Source: a virus | IMG/VR virus record: IMGVR_UViG_3300011008_000142 | Direction: 5' to 3' (one strand) | DNA length: 55,810 nt | Shown: positions 16,361 through 25,895 of the stretch, piece after piece | Numbering within the stretch: position 1 is the first letter of the stretch | Layout: each line of letters opens with the position of its first letter | Made by a program: the position numbers and the translations under genes | The notes under the pieces: model-generated | Databases searched by the model: none | What the model was told of the DNA's origin: nothing | The model's input: the letters and a program-made list of their open reading frames with translations, nothing else

Positions 16361-16759
16361 TCACCCTTTCAGATATTCTTTCAGGGTAACGGCAACGTCA
16401 CATTGCGTGATGTTGCCGTACTTGTCGTAATACTCGCCGGAGACCTTCATGCTCTCTACGAGCCATTTGTACCTGCCGTATGTCTTCCGCCCGAGAGCGA
16501 AGGCAACGGGTATTCCGTTCTGCAGGTAATTCTCCAACTGTCTGAGGTCCCCTTCCGGGGGTGCGCCAAGATACGCCGACAAGCGGAGCTTGAATGTGAT
16601 AGTCTGAGGATCGTTCCCTGTGAATTCCGCAATCCCGCCGCCCAGGTGAATCTTATGGACGCTGATGCTCGCGCTGTGGCTTACCTCGAAATTCCGCAGC
16701 GTCTTGATCTGCTTATCGGAGACATTGAAGGCCACATCCCCAAGTGCACCAACCTTCAT
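16361..16759 (-). CDS. Tail/baseplate protein (P2 GpU-like pattern, tentative)
   Basis: Start at MKVGALGDVAF (ATGA overlap with the upstream stop). Overall pattern LG.v.F...H.....G...f.G.d..tItf...L resembles GpU-type proteins. Confidence 0.4.
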   Translation of the reverse strand: MKVGALGDVAFNVSDKQIKTLRNFEVSHSASISVHKIHLGGGIAEFTGNDPQTITFKLRLSAYLGAPPEGDLRQLENYLQNGIPVAFALGRKTYGRYKWLVESMKVSGEYYDKYGNITQCDVAVTLKEYLKG

Positions 16760-17109
16760 TACATGATCCTCCCCAGAATAAACCCAGCTGCATTCCACAT
16801 CGGGAGATACAGGCACACAACATGATCCCCGACCTCCGGCATCCACGTTTTCAGCCTCGCACCGTGCGTATGACTACCGCCCGGGCTGATCGTTACCGAG
16901 CCCTCCGACGCCGACGCGCCGTGTGAATGGCTCCCGGCAGAATCGACCTCAACCGTCGCATTCGGATGTTGCAGCACCTGGAGCCAGTCAGACACCATGT
17001 TTTCCCGGTCCTCGAAGAGAACACGGGCTTTTAGCTCCGTCGTATTAACAGAGCTGACCTTCCCGACCCGGACGAGCTGCCCGAGTATCATGCTTACCAT
17101 ATCTGTCAT
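16759..17109 (-). CDS. Baseplate spike/hub protein, gpV-like OB-fold with HxH insert
   Basis: GKVSSVN...KARVLFED...SDWLQV...PEVGDHVVCLY...GFILGRI. The insert carries GSHSHGA and GGSHTHGA. Confidence 0.6.
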   Translation of the reverse strand: MTDMVSMILGQLVRVGKVSSVNTTELKARVLFEDRENMVSDWLQVLQHPNATVEVDSAGSHSHGASASEGSVTISPGGSHTHGARLKTWMPEVGDHVVCLYLPMWNAAGFILGRIM

Positions 17110-18650
17110 GCGAACACCTTCCTCAACGTGATTTGTGTCGAATACCCAGACCGGCTGAGCGTGTGCTTGCTCTGCTTGATCAGATATTTCCCGCTGAACA
17201 TTCCCCAGCCCTCCAGCTTGACGGTCACACCGGCAACCATGGAAGGATCTCCGGGGATGGTCAGCTTTACGGTGTACTCGAATTTGTTCTTCAAACGAAG
17301 AAGCTTTGCCGCCAGCGTCCGCGCCTCTCCCGTACTGGACACGCGCTGGTTGACGATCAGCCCTTCGGAATCGGAATCATAGTCCACTGCATAAGCAAAA
17401 CCGGTGTATACGGCCTTTGTGTCAGGGTCCTTGTAGTAGACCTTGCAATACCCGTATTTACTGTCGGCCTCGCCCGTTTCCAGGTCCCACTTCTCATAGG
17501 TTTTGTCGCCGCGCGTGAACGTGCGGACAGGCTCTTTCTTCTCGTAATCCTCCTGATCGAACAGGATCAGGGTGTTGTCGTAGATTTTGAGGGATATCCC
17601 TGCCCTGTGAACAAGTTCAACGAGGAAAGATATATCGCTCTGACTGTCCTGCTCCACGCGGGAATAATACGGGTTCGTCTTGCTGTCGTACTGCAAGCTC
17701 AGGCCGCCGCGCCCGGCAACATCCCGCGCTATGCCGGACAGGTAATACTTCTCCCATGCCTTTGTGCGGTCCGTCTGCCGGATCGCGCTGGAATAAAACA
17801 GGGACGTGCCTTTGATCGTGATCGTCCCCGGCGGTCCGGAGGCCTTCACGCTATCCAACTCAAAGTTTCCGGTTTTCAGCGTTTCGTCTACACCGTCGCC
17901 TTTCCAGTTCTGACGTATGAACTCCGCCGATATAGTCAGCCCTTTTGTGGCATCGGGCAGATTGCCGGTGCTGTTCTGAGTATTATCGACCGCCTTGAAC
18001 AGCGCACCGAAGGTAAGAGGACCGCAGATACCGTCAACGGTGATGCCCTGGCTCTGCTGGAACTGCTTGACGGCATCCAGTGTCAGGCTGCCGAATTCAC
18101 CGTCGCAGCCGTAAGATCCGAAATCATAGCCGAGCAGTTTGAGCATCTGCTGCGCCTGTTTCACAGAGGCGTTGTCGCTGCCATATTTGACCTGCTCGAC
18201 CTTATCCGCATTATCACCTGTCGCAGTGAGATAGGAGGCATAGCTGTATCCGATCTGTCCGTTGTAATCGATGATCGCCCATCCATTGATGATTGCATAA
18301 ACCTCCACTGAGTCGCCATAGGAGAAAGACCCAATCGGGCTATACATCGTACTCGCCCCGGAACGGCACCAAAGGCCACTCCGGGCATTGACTGTATATT
18401 CCATTTTCGGCGCAGCTTCCCCCTGCGGGGCCGAAGCGCTCTCCGCGTCAGCGTCAACCATTTCGGCCAGCCATTCAGACATCCAAATATTATCGCGGTC
18501 TTCGAGCTGGATCTGGAGATCGTCGGCGTTGTCCTCCTCGTTGTCCGTGTAGGACAGACTGATGAGGTATTTCTTGATGTCAGCGGTAATATCAACGCCG
18601 TCAAACGTCACCGTTGCCGCAGTCCTGCGGGCTAGGCTTACGTCGCTCAT
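17106..18650 (-). CDS. Late-control-D-like tail/baseplate hub protein with inserted SH3b-like and peptidoglycan-binding domains
   Basis: gpD/XkdQ-like termini. Internal YTVNARSGLWCRSG...GWAIIDYNGQIGYSYASYL (SH3b-like) and VKQAQQMLKLLGYDFG..DGEFGSLTLDAVKQFQ (PG_binding_1-like). Confidence 0.65.
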   Translation of the reverse strand: MSDVSLARRTAATVTFDGVDITADIKKYLISLSYTDNEEDNADDLQIQLEDRDNIWMSEWLAEMVDADAESASAPQGEAAPKMEYTVNARSGLWCRSGASTMYSPIGSFSYGDSVEVYAIINGWAIIDYNGQIGYSYASYLTATGDNADKVEQVKYGSDNASVKQAQQMLKLLGYDFGSYGCDGEFGSLTLDAVKQFQQSQGITVDGICGPLTFGALFKAVDNTQNSTGNLPDATKGLTISAEFIRQNWKGDGVDETLKTGNFELDSVKASGPPGTITIKGTSLFYSSAIRQTDRTKAWEKYYLSGIARDVAGRGGLSLQYDSKTNPYYSRVEQDSQSDISFLVELVHRAGISLKIYDNTLILFDQEDYEKKEPVRTFTRGDKTYEKWDLETGEADSKYGYCKVYYKDPDTKAVYTGFAYAVDYDSDSEGLIVNQRVSSTGEARTLAAKLLRLKNKFEYTVKLTIPGDPSMVAGVTVKLEGWGMFSGKYLIKQSKHTLSRSGYSTQITLRKVFA

Positions 18651-18654
18651 GACA

Positions 18655-18855
18655 TCACCTTCTCCACGGCGGGAGGCTGCTGTTCACAGCCTCCTCGACG
18701 TCAGGGATCACCAGTTCCACGCCAGCAGAAAAAATGAAGGTTTCGCACAGGCTGATGTTGGCATCGATCAGCAGGTGGGTGTAATCGGTAGAGCTCATCT
18801 GCGTGTAGGCGATAGCATCCCACATATCCCCCTGCTTCGTGGTATAGGTCTTCAT
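18655..18855 (-). CDS. Tail protein X-like / LysM-like small protein
   Basis: MKTYTTKQGDMWDAIAY...VELVIP matches the gpX/XkdP LysM-like pattern. Confidence 0.6.
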   Translation of the reverse strand: MKTYTTKQGDMWDAIAYTQMSSTDYTHLLIDANISLCETFIFSAGVELVIPDVEEAVNSSLPPWRR

Positions 18856-21800
18856 AGCCTGCTCCTCCTCGTGTCGGCGCCGATCCTTTCCATCTCGTCT
18901 GCAATCATTTCACGCAGCTGTTCGACCAAATCGGCGCTGACAGCCTGCATTTCGTCCGCAGAGCCCACGCCGGTTATCTCGATATGTGGAGACACGGTAA
19001 CCTCTACGGTCGTCCCCTGGGGCGTGTAATCGAACTCCATGGGGCGCTGATTGGACGTGTACTGTGTCTGCTCCGGCGGGTTGGCAGCTGCCATTTCCGC
19101 AGCCTCCATGTGCTGGGCAAACATTTCGCTTTCGTGATGATTGAGGATCTGCTCACCACCCTGCATCATCATCAGCTCCGGGCCGTTTTCGCCAACCCAC
19201 GCCCAGCCCGGCGGTGCGCTTTCCGTACCAGTTGCGAAACCGGGGATGGTCGGCGACGGAATACTCACAGAGTTCATGCCATTGACAAAACTCGTGGTGA
19301 GGTTTTGCCCTGTGGTAAACAGGACGTTGGAATACGATGCCAGAGTGTTGTTGTAGGTGGTCATCATGGACACACCTGCAGCCCCGGCCTCGGTGGATTT
19401 GTCGAAATCAGACGCAAGCTGGGCAAGCGTACCGTTGGCGTTGGCTTCCATCTCTGCGATAGCGCTTTCCATCTCTGCCATCTTCGCGGTAAAGTCCGTC
19501 TCCATTTCAGCCGTCGCGGTGGCCGCTTCGCCTTCGGCAATAGCCTTGGCGTTGTAGTTGTCGTTGATGGCAACAAGAGCTTCATCGCTCGCTGAGGCAA
19601 TGGCCGCGAACGCGTTGGCGGCATCCGCAGATCCGTCGTTTGCGGCAGAAATATACGCTTCGAGGCCGGACGTGTCGTAGCCCTGCGCATTCAGCGCGTC
19701 GATGCGTTCTTTGATGGTGTTGAGGTTTTCGGCGTATGTATTGAAATACTCGGTCTGCGATTCCAGGTTGGCAATGATCTCGTCGGTGCTGGTTGCCACG
19801 ATCTCAGGAGCTTGCTCAAAGAGAGAGAACTGCCCCTGAAAGGATTCAAGCGCAGACGTATAGACTTCGGCATATTCCTCGGAGAGGTCAGCCATAGCCT
19901 GATAAATAGCCTCGGTGCCGTCAACCGCCGCCTCCTGCGCCTCGGCATAGGATTCAAGAGCACCCTCCGCCTCGCCAAGCATATCGGCGTTTCTGTCTAC
20001 CGCTTCCGTGGCATTATCAAGAGCTTCCTGCAGTTCCGCGACTTTATCACGGGCGGCCTGTACTTCGGCATTTGCCCCCAAGCTATCAATCCCGGAATCC
20101 CATGCGTTCTTCTGCGCCTGTTCTGCCGCCTCAAGCTCTCGCTCCGCAGCCGCGAGTTCTTCCGCTGCGGTTTCATGTGCCTGAAGTAGCGCAGGCTGCT
20201 CCATGATAGCATTTTGATACTGCTGAACTGTGGCATTGAATCTCGCCTGCTCCGCCGCCGCTTCCGTGACAGCCCGGATGCTGTCCATTGTTATGGGCGT
20301 GCTTCCGGTCAGGTCTTCCATGGTGAGGCCAAGATCCTCATACCGGCTGTTCAGTATATCGACGATAGCAGACATTTCGGCCTGCTCGCCGGCGGTGAGC
20401 GACGTTTGAGTAGAGAGCTCTTCCAGCCTCGTGATAAGGTTGGCCGTACCCTCTTCCTGATCGTCAATGCTCGCCATTGTTTCATCGAAGCTCTCCCAGC
20501 TCTCAAGCGTGGATCTCGCCATCTCATTGACGCTATCAGTAAACTGCTCGACGCTCTGCTTGCTTGCCTCAAACTCTGCGGAGAGCTGGCTGATCTGCTG
20601 CTGAAGGACCTGCGCCTCGGCGCTGTTTCCTTCGCCAGCATCAACGAGCGCGTCATACTGCGCGGTAAGGCTGGCAATCTCGGCTTCCTGTTCCCGTCCT
20701 GCGGCAGTCAGAGACATGGATGCCTCATACATCTCGTCGTATGCCGCGAGACTGGACTGCACACCAACGACAACCAAGCCTAGCGCGGCCGCTACGCCGC
20801 CGATGGCCGCGAGCGTACCCGCAGCCGGGAGAAGCTCAGCAAGGCCGATCTTCTGAGCGAGCTGCTTTGCCGAATTGAACGCGAGGATCGCCGCCGTCAG
20901 GCCTCCGAAAGCAACCGCTGATGCACTAAGCCCTGACACAAGAGCCGGATTTTCTTCCGCAACTTCGGTCATCCAGCTCAGCACATCTGTCCCAACCTCA
21001 TACATGCCAGACAAGGCAGGAGTGAAGTTGTTCCCGACCGCTATCTGCAGGCCGTTGTATGCGGATTCGAGCAAGCGTAAATCTCCGATGGCGTTATCCA
21101 TTCGGGTATTCGCCATCCGCTCCGCCGCGCCAGTGCTGTTGTTTATCGCGTCGGTCAGGCTGTTATAGTCATCCTCGGTGGTGTTGAGGATCGCCAGGAG
21201 GCCGGCATAGGCACGGGTGCCCGCGAGCGCCTGGGCGTTCTGTACCTGCTCCGCCTCGGTCATTTGATCGAAGTAGCCGCGCAGCATCTGGATTGTGTCC
21301 GACAGACTCATCATCGTGCCGTCGGCGTTTACGGCGGAGATTTCGATATCACCGAATGCCGACGAGGACAGGGCAATATCCCCCGTCAGGGCATTGAACA
21401 CGTTCCGCAGCGTGGTGCCCGCCTGGGAGCCCTTGATGCCGTTATTCGCCATCAAGCCCATCGCCACGGCCACGTCCTCCACGGAGTAGCCGAGGGCGCC
21501 AGCAACCGGGGCCGCGTATTTGAACGCATCACCCAGCATATTGACGGTGGTGTTGGAGTTTGCCGCTGCCGCCGCCAGCACGTCCACAAATCCGGCGCTG
21601 TCAGACGCCGTAAGGCCGAACGCCGTCAAAGCATCAGTTACGATATCCGACACGGATGCAAGATCCTCGCCGGACGCCGCCGCGAGCTGGATGACGCCAT
21701 CAACGCCGGCGAGCATTTCCTGAGAGTTCCAGCCAGCCAGCGCCATGTAGGACAGCGCATCCGCTGCTTCGGTGGCGGTATACATCGTGGAGGCGCCGAT

Positions 21801-22502
21801 TTCCAAAGCCTTATCCGAGAGCGCCGATATTTCCTCTGTGGAGGAATTTGCGATGGCCTCCACGGCGCTCATGGCAAACTCGAAATCGGCGGCGGCATCG
21901 GCGGCCTCTTTCAGTCCATCGATGATCGTATCGAATATCTTACCGGCTCCAACGGCTGCCGCTACGCTTCCGAACGCAGCAAGGGAATCGGATGCAGGGT
22001 CCATGAACGAGCCGCTGCTGTCAATCTCGTCCATCTTCCCTTTGGTTTCGGCGAGCTCGCCCTGAATGCGATCCTGTGCTTCACTGAGGTTATTGGTGTC
22101 GATGCCCGCCTCTTCGAGCTTCGACCCCATCGTGCCGAGCTTTTCTTCCTGCTCGGTCAGTTTCCGGGAAGTCTCGCTCACCTTGAAAGCAAGCTCAGCT
22201 TCCTGCTGCTGGAGCTTTAGTGTTTCCTGAGTAGTCCCCTCGCCGGTCTGCTCCATCCTCGTAAGCGCCTCGCGGACGTTATCGAGCTTTTCCTGATACC
22301 GGGTCAGGGAGTTCTGCGTACTCTCGATAGCGGACTGCTGCCGGGTGTACGCAGATATATCATTCTGCTGTTCGGTGAGCTTGGCGGCCTCCTGATACAG
22401 CCTTTGAAATTCACCGCGCGCGCCAGAAAACGCAGCACCGAAAGAGCTGTTTTGTTTCGCCGCCAGCGTGAACATCATTTCATGCTGTTTCGCTCCTGCC
22501 AT
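18852..22502 (-). CDS. Tape measure protein (1216 aa)
   Basis: Length, Ala/Glu/Gln-rich coiled coils, central hydrophobic segments, and position after the chaperone pair. Confidence 0.9.
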   Translation of the reverse strand: MAGAKQHEMMFTLAAKQNSSFGAAFSGARGEFQRLYQEAAKLTEQQNDISAYTRQQSAIESTQNSLTRYQEKLDNVREALTRMEQTGEGTTQETLKLQQQEAELAFKVSETSRKLTEQEEKLGTMGSKLEEAGIDTNNLSEAQDRIQGELAETKGKMDEIDSSGSFMDPASDSLAAFGSVAAAVGAGKIFDTIIDGLKEAADAAADFEFAMSAVEAIANSSTEEISALSDKALEIGASTMYTATEAADALSYMALAGWNSQEMLAGVDGVIQLAAASGEDLASVSDIVTDALTAFGLTASDSAGFVDVLAAAAANSNTTVNMLGDAFKYAAPVAGALGYSVEDVAVAMGLMANNGIKGSQAGTTLRNVFNALTGDIALSSSAFGDIEISAVNADGTMMSLSDTIQMLRGYFDQMTEAEQVQNAQALAGTRAYAGLLAILNTTEDDYNSLTDAINNSTGAAERMANTRMDNAIGDLRLLESAYNGLQIAVGNNFTPALSGMYEVGTDVLSWMTEVAEENPALVSGLSASAVAFGGLTAAILAFNSAKQLAQKIGLAELLPAAGTLAAIGGVAAALGLVVVGVQSSLAAYDEMYEASMSLTAAGREQEAEIASLTAQYDALVDAGEGNSAEAQVLQQQISQLSAEFEASKQSVEQFTDSVNEMARSTLESWESFDETMASIDDQEEGTANLITRLEELSTQTSLTAGEQAEMSAIVDILNSRYEDLGLTMEDLTGSTPITMDSIRAVTEAAAEQARFNATVQQYQNAIMEQPALLQAHETAAEELAAAERELEAAEQAQKNAWDSGIDSLGANAEVQAARDKVAELQEALDNATEAVDRNADMLGEAEGALESYAEAQEAAVDGTEAIYQAMADLSEEYAEVYTSALESFQGQFSLFEQAPEIVATSTDEIIANLESQTEYFNTYAENLNTIKERIDALNAQGYDTSGLEAYISAANDGSADAANAFAAIASASDEALVAINDNYNAKAIAEGEAATATAEMETDFTAKMAEMESAIAEMEANANGTLAQLASDFDKSTEAGAAGVSMMTTYNNTLASYSNVLFTTGQNLTTSFVNGMNSVSIPSPTIPGFATGTESAPPGWAWVGENGPELMMMQGGEQILNHHESEMFAQHMEAAEMAAANPPEQTQYTSNQRPMEFDYTPQGTTVEVTVSPHIEITGVGSADEMQAVSADLVEQLREMIADEMERIGADTRRSRL

Positions 22503-22515
22503 AATCTCACCTCAC

Positions 22516-23024
22516 TTATTCTCTCGTTTCATGCAGGGAAACCTTTGCATCCCACCACCGCCGCAGCTCGAGCAGAGGCTGCTCAAGCCAGAACGGGATC
22601 GGTGTGTGTGTGGTTTCCGAAAGATTGATACAGATCTTCCGGATTTCTGTTACAAGGTCTCCCACCTCAGCAAAAAATTGCTGGTCGCGGTGCGGACCTT
22701 GAAGTAATCGCAGCCGGGAAGAGCTTTGATCATATCCGCGCCGATGGGCGCCTCGCAGGAGAGCGCCGCAAACTCGACGATGTATTCGTCGTTGTTGAAA
22801 GCCCGGAACATATTGATGTTCTTCCGCATCAGGTTCCGGTTGATCGCAATGCAATCTTTGCCGGTGGGTTTGTAAAAGTCGAATCTCAGTTCGGTGTAGA
22901 CGTTGTCCTCCCACTCGAACGGGCGGCGCAGTTTGACCGTAACGACATCGCCGCCGGTCGTGTTTTCGTCCAATACCTCCTGCTCCAGTTCGGTATCGGT
23001 CATCGTGGTCTTATCGGTTGCCAT
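22516..23024 (-). CDS. Tail assembly chaperone, long -1 frameshift product
   Basis: The 22650..23024 frame joins the overlapping 22516..22914 frame (-1 relative) at the slippery T_TTT_TTG. Confidence 0.6.
22650..23024 (-). CDS. Tail assembly chaperone (short product)
   Basis: 124 aa ORF between the tube and tape measure genes, the canonical chaperone position. Confidence 0.75.
   Translation of the reverse strand: MATDKTTMTDTELEQEVLDENTTGGDVVTVKLRRPFEWEDNVYTELRFDFYKPTGKDCIAINRNLMRKNINMFRAFNNDEYIVEFAALSCEAPIGADMIKALPGCDYFKVRTATSNFLLRWETL
22671..22677 (-). promoter_or_regulatory. -1 programmed frameshift slippery heptamer T_TTT_TTG
   Basis: Minus-sense aaT TTT TTG in the zero frame (N-F-L), 7 codons before the ORF1 stop. 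The -1 frame stays open to 22516. Confidence 0.6.
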
Positions 23025-23092
23025 GGGTAAACTCTCCTTTCAACATAAGCAAACCCCGGAGGGCGTTTCCCTCCGGGGCATACGGTTTGTTC

Positions 23093-23608
23093 TCAGCGAC
23101 CAAGCGCCCTGCGGACGTCGGCCAGGTAATCGACGCCGTTGATCATGCACTTGTAGTTGTAGGGCTCGATGTCGAGCACCATCTTGCCGCCGCGATAGCC
23201 CTTGAGGATATGGACGGCATAGTCGCCGGAGACATCGCCCTTGGACGCGGGTGCGACCGTACCGAGCTTGGTGCTCTTGGGCATCATCTCCATGACGTAC
23301 TTGTCCGCCACGACACCCTTCTGGCCGCTGATGTTATCAGCGACACTCTCCGCAATGCGGAGGTCAACGCTGTGCATCGTCGGCCGGGTAAGGTTGATCG
23401 CGTTTTCGGTGTAGGAGTTGAAGTTGAAGCTCGCGGTCATGGCATCCACCATGCCGGGAATCACGCCGTCCATGTTGCCGGCGATACCGGCGCCATTGAC
23501 GGTCTGGGTGAGGAAGTTGAGGTCAGGCAGCTTCACGCTCGCCACGCCGCAGAACATCTTCGCATTCTCGAACACCTCGAAATTGATGTAAGCTTCAGGG
23601 TATCTCAT
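23093..23608 (-). CDS. Tail tube protein (P2 FII-like)
   Basis: 171 aa, immediately after the sheath gene. Pattern typical of contractile-tail tube proteins. Confidence 0.8.
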   Translation of the reverse strand: MRYPEAYINFEVFENAKMFCGVASVKLPDLNFLTQTVNGAGIAGNMDGVIPGMVDAMTASFNFNSYTENAINLTRPTMHSVDLRIAESVADNISGQKGVVADKYVMEMMPKSTKLGTVAPASKGDVSGDYAVHILKGYRGGKMVLDIEPYNYKCMINGVDYLADVRRALGR

Positions 23609-23622
23609 TTCGCGTTACCTCC

Positions 23623-25056
23623 TCAGGTGAGATCGGAATAGGCTTCCGTCACATAGCTGGTATCGTACTCGAGGACGAAATCCAGCTCCTGCATCGGGCT
23701 GACAGGCGTCATAAACACATGGAGCTTGAGGATGCCGGCCATGAGATTCGTAGTCGGGTTCTCCTCATCGAGAAACTCCACGCGGGCACCGAGCAGATAC
23801 TCGGAGGAAACAAGGCCGGAGAGCCAGTTTTCCGCAGTGTTGATGATGCTGTCGATCAGGCGGCGATTCATGGGAACGTCGATACGACCCCAGAAGGACC
23901 GCACGAGAGTGTTGCCGACCCAGTTGAACATCCGGCGCACCGGGATGAAGTAATTTTTCACATCGGTGTTGCCGGGATAGGCAGCGGTGTAGTTGCCCCA
24001 GGCGACCCAGCCGGTGATGAAGTTGATCGCGGTGGTGATGCCGCCGGCGACCATGATATCGGCCTGGGTCTTTGTCAGCTGCACCTCGGTGGTTCCATCG
24101 GCCAGATACAGGGAATCGATCTTCAGGCCGTTGTTCGACGGACTCTGATAGGGGATGCCTTCATTGTCGTTGTCGATCGAGCACATCAGGCCGGCGATCT
24201 GAGTGGACATATGGAACAGGTAGTCCCCGAGCTTGCACATCGGCCAGCAGGCGATCTGATGTTCATCCGTAACGCCGTTGGAGTTCTTTTTCGCAACGAC
24301 GGCGGAGTATACGGTCGCGCCGCTGGAGCTAGTGCTGTCGATATCCACGATGGCCATAGCGCTGAACATGCCGTTGATGTCCGTAGCCTTCGCCGCCATG
24401 ACCGCGGCAACCGCAGGCAGGTGGGAGAAGTTGGGCGCCAGCAGGATGTCGGGAACGACACCGAGCGTGGTCAGGCACAGTTCGACCTTTTCGAACGCAG
24501 ACGTGACCATGGCCGAGGTGACACCAGAGGCGTCGATCGCGTTGTACGCAATATTCAGGGTCGTGGCGCTGTACGCTGTGCCGGTGGAGAGCAGCTCAAC
24601 AATGAGATTCCCGCCGGAATAGAACACATCGTAATCGGTGCCCTTTGTCAGGGTCGAAGTACCGTTCTTCACCACGAGGCCGGAGTCGATGATCGCGCTG
24701 CTCGGCAGGGTCGCCCTGTGATAGCTGACGTTGAAGTTCGCCGCAGCCACCGCTTCCTTCATGGTGGTCGGGTCGAGCAGGTTCACGATGATCATCGGAG
24801 TGCAGTTGTAGAGCTGGAACTGAGAATACATGACCTCGGAGATTCCGTAGGTATCCCAGCCGCTGTCATAGAAACCGAACTTCTCGACAGCCTCGCTCCA
24901 GGAAGTTACCAGAGTGGGGACGCCGACAGCCGCAGGATTATCCGCACTCTGGATAGGGGCAATGCCAACAACGAACGGGACGCCGCTCTCCGCCACATTG
25001 GGCGTGGTAAGCGCGGTATCAAGCTCGGTGACGTTGATGCCATGATTCGTGGCCAT
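23623..25056 (-). CDS. Tail sheath protein
   Basis: 477 aa, with N-terminal and C-terminal patterns of contractile sheath proteins. Position upstream of the tube gene. Confidence 0.85.
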   Translation of the reverse strand: MATNHGINVTELDTALTTPNVAESGVPFVVGIAPIQSADNPAAVGVPTLVTSWSEAVEKFGFYDSGWDTYGISEVMYSQFQLYNCTPMIIVNLLDPTTMKEAVAAANFNVSYHRATLPSSAIIDSGLVVKNGTSTLTKGTDYDVFYSGGNLIVELLSTGTAYSATTLNIAYNAIDASGVTSAMVTSAFEKVELCLTTLGVVPDILLAPNFSHLPAVAAVMAAKATDINGMFSAMAIVDIDSTSSSGATVYSAVVAKKNSNGVTDEHQIACWPMCKLGDYLFHMSTQIAGLMCSIDNDNEGIPYQSPSNNGLKIDSLYLADGTTEVQLTKTQADIMVAGGITTAINFITGWVAWGNYTAAYPGNTDVKNYFIPVRRMFNWVGNTLVRSFWGRIDVPMNRRLIDSIINTAENWLSGLVSSEYLLGARVEFLDEENPTTNLMAGILKLHVFMTPVSPMQELDFVLEYDTSYVTEAYSDLT

Positions 25057-25071
25057 AATGAATTCCTCCTG

Positions 25072-25407
25072 TTAAGATTTGCCGGATGCCAGATCCACAT
25101 ATCGTTTGTGGAGCAGCGTTCCGTTGGTTTTTACCTCGCTCCGGCTCCTCGCCAGAGTGTCGTCGGCGGGAACGATCAGCCCGACGATGCCTGGGTGCTT
25201 CTCAATCGCACCGGCGAGTGCGGCCTTGACCTCGCTCAGCGTGCCGGTGAACAGAGAATTGGCCTGGATCGTCCCGTGAATACTCGGGCCGACATAGCAA
25301 AAAACGCCCGGCTGCTCTTTGGCAGCCTCGGGCGCTTCAACCGGAACCTCTTCAAGCGCAACCGCTTCGGGTTCGGATCTCTTGGATTTAGTTGTAGTTG
25401 TAGCCAT
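25072..25407 (-). CDS. Hypothetical virion protein (111 aa)
   Basis: ORF in the head-tail joining region; family not recognised. Confidence 0.5.
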   Translation of the reverse strand: MATTTTKSKRSEPEAVALEEVPVEAPEAAKEQPGVFCYVGPSIHGTIQANSLFTGTLSEVKAALAGAIEKHPGIVGLIVPADDTLARSRSEVKTNGTLLHKRYVDLASGKS

Positions 25408-25891
25408 CGGCGACTATCTCCCTCCTGACAGGCGGCAGGCTCCAGTAGGAGACCATCTCCGCCATGTAGAAATCTTTGGTGTCTTCGGGATAGATCAAAA
25501 CCTGCATACCCTGTTCCATGTCCAGTTCAAATCGACCGTCGATCACAGGATTTCTCAGCCAGTGATTTTGCAGCCGTTGGATCATGGTCAGGAGCGCGAG
25601 GCTGCCTTCCTCCTCGTCAACATCGTTGTAGTTGCAAAAGATCGACCGCAGGCAAAGGCTGCTGGAAGCCCGCTGCCCGGGCTTCTGATTGTCGTCAGTC
25701 GTGATGATCTGATGGATGGTGTATGGTGCGATGTACTGAGAAGCGGAGCTCTTGGAAAGTCGCATCCGCCACACAGACGGTACGCGCAGCCCCGCCGCTT
25801 CGCCTTTCTGCGGCTTGTACGGCAACAGCAGGTTTGCGTATGCGGCTTCGGTATCGACCTTTGCCGCTTCGAGAAACTGTACAGCGTCCAT
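25388..25891 (-). CDS. Putative tail terminator/completion protein
   Basis: Assigned by position between the neck genes and the sheath gene. Confidence 0.4.
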   Translation of the reverse strand: MDAVQFLEAAKVDTEAAYANLLLPYKPQKGEAAGLRVPSVWRMRLSKSSASQYIAPYTIHQIITTDDNQKPGQRASSSLCLRSIFCNYNDVDEEEGSLALLTMIQRLQNHWLRNPVIDGRFELDMEQGMQVLIYPEDTKDFYMAEMVSYWSLPPVRREIVADGYNYN

Positions 25892-25895
25892 TTAA

